Assembly (NCBI RefSeq): GCF_037042905.1
Contig: NW_026974140.1
Location: 186,001 to 250,000 of the forward strand
Reading direction: 5' to 3'
From: Lytechinus pictus
Lineage: Eukaryota
DNA: 64,000 nt
Within the stretch, counting starts at the first letter, position 1, and the number at the start of each line of letters is the position of its first letter. The notes below the pieces were generated by a model, which was not told where the DNA came from, ran no database searches, and saw only the letters and a list, made by a program, of their open reading frames with translations. Of the stretch, positions 53,546-64,000 are shown in pieces. The translations under genes and the position numbers were made by a program.

Positions 53546-54476
53546 TATATAAATAAATTCGTTTACCCATTGGACCATGGAATATGAACCCAAATAGGAT
53601 TCTAGGGTGGATAATGAGTGAGTTATATCAATTTTTAGTGAATGGCGGCCATCTTGGACGCCATCTTGAAAATAATCACTTTCCCGGATGTGGATTTCGG
53701 TAGATTTTAAGTATGTTCCTGATGTCATATACTGCTAGAAACGGTTGAAAAATCATTTGTTGCAATTTGTTCCGGGTCAAACCATATATTGACCCGTCTA
53801 AAGTTTATTGCGACGATCAAAGAAGACCAGCACAGTATTATACAACGGAACTATGGTGCAGTATAGTTGCCACAGAGTACACACACAATAATTAGGTCCC
53901 TCTCAAACAAAATCCCACTCAAACAAAATGCATAACCTCATCATATTCACAAGTTTGCCAATCCTAATTGCAAGAAGTAGAAATACAATATATTCTACAC
54001 AGATTTAATCATATGATTATAGATGGATATACAAGAAAACAGCAGAAATGACAATACATTTGAGCGATAAACGAGCGTAACAACATCCCGGTCGGTATGC
54101 AAAACAAACCTATTATAAATAGAATTGATAATTATTGACAATTATTATTGATAATTATTATTACTCTTAATTTCTTTTTACAGATTCTTCATAAACAAGC
54201 AAGATGCGATTTCGAATTGACATTTAGTTATCGCACAGTTAGTGATTCAGCTAGCATAACTTTGTTACCTGGGCTGATTACGCTATGCTCAACAAACCCT
54301 TATAAAATGTCTGCGCCGTCACATCACTAGACTTAATCATTGGAGGCAGCCAGTCGTGCGTTGTGCATGAGTAAAATGCGTCGTTTTCAGTTTGGATCAA
54401 CATATATATATATATATATATATATATCTGTCTATCTGACGGTCAATCGGATCGGGGTCGCCCTAGCCACTAACCC

Positions 54477-54548
54477 GTCTCTGTGGTGTAGTGGTTAAGG
54501 CACCGGCGTTCAAAGCTGGGGGCCCGGGTTCGATTCCCGGCAGGGACA
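54477..54548 (+). tRNA. tRNA-like gene, UCA anticodon (copy 1, one D-stem mismatch)
   Basis: 72-nt cloverleaf with A and B boxes, followed by TTTTTT. The D-stem 5' arm is GTGT instead of GTCT. Confidence 0.6.
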
Positions 54549-54888
54549 TTTTTTCGGCATCACCAATTTTTCCAAAAAGGGTAGATAGCTCTGGGGAACA
54601 TTGATTTAAGCTACGCCTACCATTGTTCTCTTCATCCATTTCTTTCACACAATATTTAAATATAAAAGAATTGCCAAAGCTGTAGTACATGTATAACTTC
54701 ACACATTTGTATACTTTCTCCCATACGTGTACTGTATCAAAGCAATAGCTTTGATCCAGCTGAGGCATGGCGGCTTGTCATTGTTCAAAACCCACCTTCA
54801 CCCGACAAAGGAAATTATAATTGGTATGGTGTCGAAAATCTGTCTATCTGACGGTCAATCGGATCGGGGTCGCCCTAGCCACTAACCC

Positions 54889-54960
54889 GTCTCTGTGGTC
54901 TAGTGGTTAAGGCACCGGCGTTCAAAGCTGGGGGCCCGGGTTCGATTCCCGGCAGGGACA
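54889..54960 (+). tRNA. tRNA-like gene, UCA anticodon (copy 2, all stems paired)
   Basis: GTCTCTG TG GTCT AGTGGTTA AGGC A CCGGC GTTCAAA GCTGG GGGC CCGGG TTCGATT CCCGG CAGGGAC A, followed by T6 at 54961-54966. Confidence 0.7.
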
Positions 54961-56217
54961 TTTTTTCGGCATCACCAATTTTTCCAAAAAGGGTAGATAG
55001 CTCTGGGGAACATTGATTTAAGCTACGCCTACCATTGTTCTCTTCATCCATTTCTTTCACACTATATATATATATATATATATACATATATGCAGCAATG
55101 GAGATACACACCTGAAAGTTGACCCTAAGTCAACCGACTTGAAGTCAATTTACTCAGGGTCATGTTCAGAACTTAGAATTTTTTTGAGCTCGGAGAGTGT
55201 ACTACGGGCGGCAATGGAGTGCTTTCACGATGGGAAACACAGTTGGGGGTGTGATCGCTTATTAGCCACTACGTACATTCATATACCTGCTGTGTGTTCT
55301 GCGGAGCGAGAGCTGATTTTGTGAAATAGTGTAGTCTTATTCCAGGAACGAATAAATAACACCCCAAAAAAAAAGAGTAAAATTTTGATTTTTTTTTTTT
55401 GTAGTTGAATAATATGGTTCCAAGATTAATCACCAAACTATTTGTTCATTCAATTCAATTTGGATTACATCCAATTAAGTGTACTGAGGCCTAGATTAGT
55501 AGGGTTTCCAGTTCGGGGGGGGGGGGGGGGGGCAGTTGATATTTGAATTAACAATACAAATGAAAACAAAGGTAGATCGATTTGATTTCGATGTATACAT
55601 AACATATCATAGATCCTGTCCATGTCAATTTTTTTTTTTTTTTTTTTTTTTTGGGGGGGGTGCAGTTGATATATTAATATATCATAATACTCAGTATTAT
55701 TATTATATTTCTTGATATAATGGACTAAAAGTGATGGAATGTTTTTGTACGGTGACTGGAGGTCACTGTCTGTAGTATTCATTAAACTTGATGTTGTTAT
55801 GCCTCACTTCATGGATTTTCATGTTGAGATAACATTACCTCACCCCATATCCCTGTCTGTGTCTAATTATATTTTTTTCAGGGGGGGGGGGCAGTCAATG
55901 ATTTTGCCAAAAATTGAAAATAAAACAACCCCAGGGGCCCAATTCATAAAGAGTTGCTATCATAGCAAGTTGCTATCATAGCAACTCTGGTAGAATAGCA
56001 GCTTGTACTTCCTATGCTAGCAACTTTGCATTTCATAAAAGCACATTCGCTGGAAAGTCAGCTTGACTTTCCAGCTATTTATTTGAATAGTCATGTACGA
56101 GGCTGATTAGGGGGGAATCCCCTTTCTCTCCAGTTTTTTGTTTTCAATTCAAGTCATAAGTTTTGGTAGAAAGCACTGGCGGATCCAGGGGGGGGGGCAC
56201 AGCCGGCCCGTGCCCCC

Positions 56218-59200
56218 TGTTACACCCACAAATGTAATAATCGCCCACAAATGTAATAACGCCCACAAATGTAATAACACTTTACCCACAAATGTAATAA
56301 CGCCCACAAATGTAATAACACTTTACCCACAAATGTAATAATTTCACCCACAAATGTAATAATGCACTTTACCCACAAATGTAATAATTTTTGATCGCCC
56401 ACAAATGTAATAATGACTTTACCCACAAATGTAATAAATTTGAAGGGATTTTTGGCGAATCTGTTCTAAACTAAAATCCTATAGTAATGCGTTCATATAG
56501 CACAAAAGTGCAAAGTTTTTTTTCCAGACCCGGTTAATAAAACATCAAAGTACAAGTCCAAAGTCTTTTTCCAGACCCAGTTGTTTCAAATATTTAATAT
56601 ACGTCCAGTCTTTTTTCCAGACCCGGTTAATTAAAAAATTATAATGCAAGTCCAAAGTCTTTTTTCCAGACCCGGTTGTTTCAAAAATTATAATATACGT
56701 CCAAAGTCTTTTTTCCAGACCCAGTTGTTTCAAAAATTATAATATACGTCCAAAGTCTTTTTTCCTGACCCTGTTAATTAAAAAATGTATAATATATGTC
56801 CAAAGTCTTTTTTCCAGACCCGGTTAATTCAAAAATTATAATGCAAGTCCAAAGTCTCTTTTTCAGACCCGGTTGTTTCCAAAATTACAATATCAGTCCA
56901 AAGTCTTTTTTCCAGACCCGGTTGTTTCAAAATTATAATATATGTCGAAAGTTTTTTTTCCAGACCTGGTTAATTAACAAATTATAATGCAAGTCCAAAG
57001 TCTTTTTTCCAGACCCAGTTGTTAAAAAAATTATAATATACGTCCAAAGTCTTTTTTCCAGACCCGGTTGATTAAAAAATTTATAATATACGTCCAAAGT
57101 CTTTTTTCCAGACCCGGTTAATTCAAAAATTATAATGCAAGTCCAAAGTCTTTTTTTCAGACCCGGTTGTTTCCAAAATTATAATATACGTCCAAAGTCT
57201 TTTTTCCAGACCCGGTTAATTAAAAAATTATAATATACGTCCAAAGAGTTTTTTCCATACCCGGTTAATTAAAAAATTATAATGCAAGTCCAAAGTCTTT
57301 TTTTCAGATCCGGTTGTTTAAAAAATGATAATATACGCCAAAAGTCTTTTTTCCAGACCCGGTTGTTTCAAAAATTATAATATACGTCCAAAGTCTTTTT
57401 TCCAGACCCGGTTAATTCAAAAATTATAATATACTTCCAAAGTCTTTTTCCAGACCTGGTATTTTCAAAATTATTATAAGTCCAAACTAAGATACGATAA
57501 TGATATTCTAAGTGGAATAAAAATGAAAACCGAGCTTAGTCTTTTCTCCAGACCCAGTTAATTAAAACTGGTGGAAAAGTAACAAAGACCCCAACTCTCT
57601 TGTAAATGTTAAATAACATGGAAATATAGCGTAGTCTTTCATCCAGACCCAGATCTTTCAAATAACAAATGAATAATAATAATAAATTAGTAATAATAAA
57701 AAAAGCAAACAAAGACCCACGATCCTATTTATGTTGAATAACATGGAAATATAGCGTAGTCTTTTCCCCAGGCCCAGATCTTTCAAATAACAAATTAATA
57801 ATAATAATACATTAGTAATAATAAAAAAGCAAACAAAGACCCACGATCCTATTTATGTTGAATAACATGGAAATATAGCGTAGTCTTTCCTCCAGACCCA
57901 GATCTTTCAAATAAGAAATTATGAATAATAATAATTTATTAGTAATAATAAAAAAGCAAACAGAGACCCACGATCCTCTTTATGTTGAAAAACATGGAAT
58001 ATAGCGTAGTCTTTCCTCCAGACCCAGTTATAAAAGTCATTTTAAACACAACAACAACAAAACAAAGACCCTGCAATCTTATCAACATTGAATATGGTGT
58101 AGTCTTTCATCCAGACCCAATTATTTCAAAATAACCAAAATCATTAAAAAAGAATAACAGAATCTAAGGCCCAACTATCCTTCAAACTAAGAACCTTCAA
58201 TAAATAAAAGTTTAGAGAGTTTTCTTTATTCCAGAACTTGTCATTTCAAAAATAAGATAAATGAAATCCTCATAACTAAGACTCAATTATATTCTTGTAC
58301 CTGTTCAACATGAATAAGATGATTGGGGGAGTATTTCATCAACATTTATGTCCGACAAGTTGTCAGATCTGACAACTGTTCTTGATTTTGATTGGCTAAG
58401 AAGCAGTGCTACCAGTGTCGGATAAAACGTCAGACAACTCCTTTCATGAAATACTCCCCGGGCTCCAAGTTTTGATGTTGTTTTTTTTTTATTATAAATT
58501 TCTTTGCCTGGAAGAAAAAATGAATTTTCAATTACATCATTTATTACAGGATGTTAGGCTGGAAGAGGGTTAATTTTTTTTGGTTCTTTTTTTTTTTTTA
58601 TAAACTGGTCTAGTCAAATTAAGTATACGTTATCACAAGGGTTTTATAGTTTGGAAGATGCTGGGGTCTAAGTTTTAAGATTAATGTTTCGCTTAATTTG
58701 TATTTTAAAGAGAACTGGGTGAGGGGTTAAGACAACACTCTAAGCCCAAGCATTTTAAGTGGGTTTAATTTTGAAGATTGGTCTTAGCTGTGATTTTTTT
58801 TTTCAATATTTGTTTATCTTTTGAATAATCGGGTCTAGACAAAAGTTCCACAAGAATAAGAATATGACAAAGTCCTTTGTTTTTAAGATTGTTTAAATCA
58901 TTTTTAAATTACTGGGTCTGGAATAAAGACAACGCTCTAAACATGTGCTTTTCTACATACATGGTCTTAATTTGGAGGATTGTTGGTTCTAAGATTCGTT
59001 TTGGGGGGTTGGGTTTTATTAATTTTTTTAGTCTTGAAAAAAATTGTGTCTGGTGGAAAGTCGATCTTCGACAATCGGTCTTCATGTTATTCCACAGTAC
59101 TTAGATTATTGGGTATTCGTTTTAGAATATTTGTACAAACTAATTAATGTTTTTTCAAATAATAACCAAGTCTGGAGAAAGGATGTTTGCTTTACCCATG

Positions 59201-60776
59201 CATTATTACAATGTTTTGTAGGGGTCTTAGTATCATTATTAAACTGGGTGTGGGGTAAAGACATTTTTTTTTTACTGAGTGAAACTTTAAAAAATTGGTC
59301 TTAGATTTGAAGTTTTTCAATTCATTTTTTAATAGCCGGGTCTGGAGGAAAGACTTTGGACTTATATTGTAATTGTTTAATAATCCGGGTCTGGAAAAAA
59401 GACTTTGCACTTTTGTGCTATATGAACGCATTGCTATAGGGTTTAGTTTTTAGTTTTAAGTAACGGGGTCTGGAGAAAAGACTTTGCTTGATTCTCAATT
59501 TACTCTTAGCGCATATATTCACAATATACGCCTTACAAGTTGAAACAACAACAGAGACATTAATTCCACCAGTTTTAATTAACTGGGTCTGGAGAAAAGA
59601 CTTAGCTCGATTCTCATTTTTTTATCTGCAATACCATTAACGTAACTTAGTTTGTATTTATATTATAATTTTTGAAATAACCGGGTCTGGAAAAAGACTT
59701 TGGACTTATATTAAATTTTTTTAAATAACCGGGTCTGCAAAAAGACTTTGGACTTATATTATAATTTTGGAAACAACCGGGTCTGGAAAAAAGACTTTGG
59801 ATTTATATTACAATTTTGGAAACAACCGGGTCTTGAAAAAAGACTTTGGACGTATATTATAATTTTTGAAACAACTGGGTCTGGAAAAAAGACTTTGGAC
59901 TTATATTATAATTTTGGAAACAACCGGGTCTGGAAAAAAGACTTTAGACGTATATTATAATTTTTGAAACAACTGAGTCTGGAAAAAAGACTTTGGACGT
60001 ATATTATAATTTTGGAAACAACCGGGTCTGAAAAAAAGACTTTGGACTTATATTACAATTTTTGAAACAACCGGGTCTGGAAAAAAGACTTTGGACGTAT
60101 ATTATAATTTTTGAAACAACCGGGTCTGGAAAAAAGACTTTGGATGTATATTACAATTTTTGAAACAACCGGGTCTGGAAAAAAGACTTTGGACGTATAT
60201 TATAATTTTTGAAACAACCGGGTCTGGAAAAAAGACTTTGGACTTATATTATAACTTTTGAAACAACCGGGTCTGAAAAAAGACTTTGGACTTGCATTAT
60301 AATTTTTGAATTAACCGGGTCTGAAAAAAAAGACTTTGGACGTATATTATAATTTTGAATTAACCGGGTCTGGAAAAAAGACTTTGGACGTATATTATAA
60401 TTTTGAAACAACCGGGTCTGGAAAAAAGACTTTGGACTTGTACTATAATGTTTAATTAACCGGGTCTGGAAAAAAAAGAATTTGCACTTTTGTGCTATAT
60501 GAACGCATTACTATAGGATTTTAGTTTAGAACGGATTCGCCAAAAATCCCTTCAAATTTATTACATTTGTGGGTAAAGTCATTATTACATTTGTGGGCGA
60601 TCAAAAATTATTACATTTGTGGGTAAAGTGCATTATTACATTTGTGGGTGAAATTATTACATTTGTGGGTAAAGTGTTATTACATTTGTGGGCGTTATTA
60701 CATTTGTGGGTAAAGTGTTATTACATTTGTGGGCGTTATTACATTTGTGGGCGTTATTACATTTGTGGGTGCAACA
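56218..60776. mobile_element. 4.56-kb non-autonomous fold-back DNA transposon with TGT..ACA termini (Ginger-like) and minisatellite-built inverted arms
   Basis: Ends are TGTTACACCCACAAATGTAATAA and TTATTACATTTGTGGGTGCAACA. The arms are ~1.2-1.35 kb, made of CCCACAAATGTAATAA repeats plus about 20 49-bp units. CCCC flanks both sides. Confidence 0.85.
58326..58459. mobile_element. Small Harbinger-like MITE nested in the TGT..ACA element
   Basis: TIR GGGGAGTATTTCAT..ATGAAATACTCCCC. Confidence 0.75.
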
Positions 60777-61392
60777 CCCCCCCCCCCCCCCACACCTTTG
60801 AGAAGCAAAATTAGAAGAAGAAAAATTGAAAGAGAATATTATTATTTTTTTGCTTATTAATTTTTTCGGGAGCGAAATTTTTATTTAGCAGCTGCAAACA
60901 GGGTCTGCAGCATAAGACTAGCAGTTGAAGCAGAGTGATGGCTCTATGGCGATAGTTTGCAATTCTAGAAGAGAATAAGAAGAAAATATCTATTTGTCAC
61001 AGGATGGCATAGCATTGTTTCTCCATTGTGTAAGTTTTCAGAGAATTGATTTCATTTAGCCCTATGCCAGGGAAAAAATTATTTAAAAAAGGGGGAAAAT
61101 TTATTATTATTGCCGGTCAAAATTTCACCTTCAACAAATTTTCTACCGTACTACAAGTTTAATCCCAGTCCCACACTTGACTATTTGTGTCGGTAATGCA
61201 AGGTTGTATCAACAACAAGGCAGGCGGCGGCCCACTGCTGGTGCAGTGCTGTATGATCACCCTGAAGCAAGTAAATTTGTAGGCTCTAATTATGCATGAA
61301 ACATCGAAAATGACCTTAAAAGATTATTTTTGTTCAAAATGGAAATGATTTTTAAGTTATCGGTTTCAACGGTGAATAACCATTCAGTAAAT

Positions 61393-61653
61393 GGTTGTGG
61401 CCCAGTGGATTAGTCTTCGGACTTTGAAACAGAGGGTCGTGGGTTCGAATCCCAGCCATGGCGTAATTTCCTTCGGCAAGAAACTGATCCACAATGTGCT
61501 GCACTCAACCCAGGTGAGGTAAATGGGTACCGGTAGGAAGTAATTCCTTAAAAAGCTGTGTGCGCTATGAACGCCTAGCTTAGCCGGGTAATATAGGAGC
61601 GCCTTGAGCACCTAACAAGGTGAATATGTGCGCAATATAAATACCCTATATTA
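61393..61653 (+). mobile_element. tRNA-derived SINE
   Basis: A box GTGGCCCAGTGG, B box GGTTCGAATCCC, central CAACCCAGGTG..AAATGGGTACC and an L2-like 3' tail. Confidence 0.88.
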
Positions 61654-61740
61654 AATGGATTCAACAATGCCATGGCCACAACTTTTTTTTTTTGAGAAAG
61701 TCAGAAACAGAAAAAAAAAGCAATCATTTTTTTATCGCAT

Positions 61741-62097
61741 ACATTCGTAATTCCGAAGCTTCATTATTCCGAAGGTTCGTTAGTCCGAAAACGAAGTGAG
61801 GTTCGTAATTCCGAAGGTTCGTTAATCCGAAAACGAAATGGTTAACGAACGTTATTTCGTTTTTGGACTAACGAACCTTATTTCGTTTTCGGATTAACGA
61901 ACCTTCGGAACAACAAACCTTATTTCGTTCTTGGATTAACGAACCTTCGGAACATCAAACCTTATTTCGTTTTCGGATTGTCGAACCTTCGGAATAACGC
62001 CACAAATGTTCGGATTAACGAACTCTTTTACGTTTTCAGATTAACGAACATCGAGGTATAGGCAATTTACGTGTTTCGGAATTACGAAGTGTAACCT
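61741..62097. mobile_element. MITE with internal TTCGTAATTCCGAAGG / CGAACCTTCGGA repeats
   Basis: The left end TTCGTAATTCCGAA pairs with the right end TTCGGAATTACGAAGTGTAACC. Confidence 0.7.
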
Positions 62098-62499
62098 TTT
62101 TTATGGCTTAGGGCTTTTTTAATTTAGGCCTTGCATTAAACACTTCCACATAATAGATCTACCTTCCTCTATTTTTTCCCACAAGAAAAAAAATCCTTTA
62201 AATTTTTTTTTTTTTAAAGTCTGTCTATAACTTGCCTCCCTTTTTTTCCCTTTGCCTGCCCTGGGAAAGACTGAAAAATTTGCTGTTTCGGAGGAATTTT
62301 TAGAATTTTTTTTTTTTTTTGGGGGGGGGAAGTAGAAAAAAAAAAAGAAACAGCATTTCTACTAGAAAGCATTACATTAATATTTTCTTTATTAGCATTA
62401 TCACAGACATTGCTCTAAATATATGTTCTCTTGTAAGAGCCCTTTGGGCATGCCTGAGCACAACGTACACCATTCTTAACAATGAAAAACCCTTTACAG

Positions 62500-62722
62500 T
62501 GTCAACTTGACGCTCCCCCATGACCAGCGTCAAATATTTAACCCTATTTGACGCTCCAGTAACCATACTTGTCGCTCCAGTAAAAAGTTGACGCTCCTAC
62601 TGGAGCGTCAACTTTTTATGAAATGCGCTGCAGCGTCAAATATTTAATTTGACGCTGCAGGTGAAAATTTGACGCTGTTTTGGGACTTGACGCTGACGCT
62701 GTACCTTTATGAAATAGGCCCC
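62500..62722. mobile_element. MITE fragment with TTGACGCT repeats and Harbinger-like right end
   Basis: Multiple TTGACGCT/AGCGTCAA motifs; ends CTTTATGAAATAGGCCCC. Confidence 0.5.
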
Positions 62723-62724
62723 AG

Positions 62725-64000
62725 AAGTGTCCTTCATATAATCGACTGAAAGTGATGACATGGTTTTGTAAGATGACTTATTGACTTTACTTCATGTTAT
62801 GGCTCGCTATAATGGGTTTCCATTTATACTAAACAGTTGAATTATCGGAGATCCGTGTATCATACGGCCTCAGGTCATTTGTTTTGTCTCCCTTTATTTA
62901 TTCATTCATTTGGGGTGGGGGGGGGGGGGGTGGGTGCAGTTTATATTTACATTTACCCTAAAAATGAAAACCAAAGTGGGTTGACTATCAGTCAGGACGT
63001 GCTATTGTTCATAACTTGAGGTTAGTGTTACTGGTGTTTAGTTTACTTGAAGTTGTTCTGGTTCACTTGATGGTTTTCCATAGAAATAAATAACATAATC
63101 TTATCCCATATCCTGACCATGTCTTAATTTTTATTTCTGGGGGGCAGTTGATATGTTAATTTAACATGAAACTAAAAATAAAACAGCAGTGATAATATTC
63201 ATTCATATAATCGACTAAAAGTGATATGCTTGGTGACTTGAGGTCACTGTGAGATGTACTTATTTTCATGCTTTTAATGCTAACTTGATGGATTTTCATG
63301 TTTAGATAACATTACCTCATCCCATACCCTGTCTATGACTTTTTTTCCAGCGGGGGGGGGGGGGGAATTGATACCATGATTTTGCATAAAACTGTTAATA
63401 AAAACAACCTCAGTCGTGTGATTATATTCCTTCATGTAACTGACTAAAAGTACTGACTAAAAGTGATGACATGTTTTTTTATTAGATGACTTGAGGGTTT
63501 TGTGGGTAGTATTAACTTTACTTGAAGTTTTGGGTCACTTTATGGTTTTCATGTGTGTACATTGTCTAGAGACATTTAATTTATCCCGGCATGTCCGACA
63601 TCCACGTATCATACCTACTCATACTATTTTCCCCCATTTATTCATTTATTTATTTATTTATTTATTTTTTTTTTTTTGGGGGGGGGGTTGATATTTAAAG
63701 ACGCACATTCCTCGCCAGTAGTTCTGCAGCATGAAGACGTAACGCATCAATGCCCACGCGATTTCGTGCGAATGGGACTGTGTGTTGTTATGACTCTCTT
63801 TGTGGATTTTCAGGACTAGATAACATTACCTTATATCCCTTAATATAATAAACTCAAAGAGAATGTATGTTTTAGTTTGCTGACTTGAGGTCAATAATGG
63901 TGGTATTCATCTTACCTGAAGTTGTTATGACTCTATTTGTGGATTTTCAGGAATAGATAACATTACCTTATATCCCTTAATATAATCGACTCAAAGTGAT
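62725..64000. repeat. Degenerate tandem repeat array, related to 55500-55930
   Basis: Shared motifs GACTAAAAGTGAT, GACTTGAGGTCA, GGATTTTCA..AGATAACATTACCT and G-run followed by GCAGTTG. Confidence 0.7.

Larger units (their letters stand above)
48411..53800. mobile_element. Probable Academ-like DNA transposon terminal region, interrupted by the L2 element
   Basis: Recurrent GCCATCTTGGATTT subterminal motifs on both sides of the L2. It ends TTGCAATTTGTTCCGGGTCA..GACCCGTCTA, consistent with the TAG..CTA termini of Academ. Only one end is seen. Confidence 0.45.
54427..55062 (+). mobile_element. 636-bp element with two 224-bp direct repeats, each containing a tRNA-like gene, flanked by (TA)n
   Basis: 54427-54650 is nearly identical to 54839-55062 (period 412), with a 188-bp spacer. 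(TA)n tracts lie at 54402-54426 and 55063-55090. Confidence 0.8.

Noticed and set aside
54651..54838. Hammerhead or SECIS in the spacer of the tRNA-bearing element
   Set aside because: CTGAGGC..CAAAAC and GTCGAAAA only partly resemble the hammerhead core, and I could not build a consistent fold. Only a small ATCAAAGC/GCTTTGAT hairpin is clear.
54889..54960. Canonical selenocysteine tRNA
   Set aside because: It is only 72 nt, with a 4-nt variable loop and 7/5 acceptor/T stems. tRNA-Sec needs a long variable arm and an extended acceptor stem.
56505..57485. 49-bp repeat arrays (also 59660-60480) as a CRISPR-like array
   Set aside because: The units are contiguous tandem copies without unique spacers, there are no cas genes, and the context is eukaryotic TE sequence.

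Overview
AT-rich eukaryotic (animal) genomic DNA that is dominated by repeats. The TE repertoire and SINE style suggest a marine deuterostome such as a sea urchin, but this is an inference. Retroelements: a full-length, decayed L1/Tx1 LINE with a 10-bp TSD (15140-21353, +); a Neptune-type Penelope-like element (25432-29314, -); a 5'-truncated Penelope/Poseidon-type fragment (35087-35939, -); a CR1-group endonuclease fragment (~47050-48410, +); a near-intact L2-type LINE with a 2A-like peptide (49787-53498, -); and tRNA-derived SINEs. Both Penelope-like elements carry a minimal hammerhead ribozyme motif. There are many nested non-autonomous DNA transposons/MITEs and several tandem repeats. One likely host gene start is visible: an ATG-ending exon at 37126 and a 303-nt exon at 37320-37622 encoding a signal-anchor-like N-terminus. 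The most unusual object is a 636-bp element inserted in a (TA)n tract (54427-55062). Its two 224-bp direct repeats each carry a full 72-nt cloverleaf tRNA with a UCA (opal-reading) anticodon and a T6 Pol III terminator. All calls were made by eye; no database searches were run.
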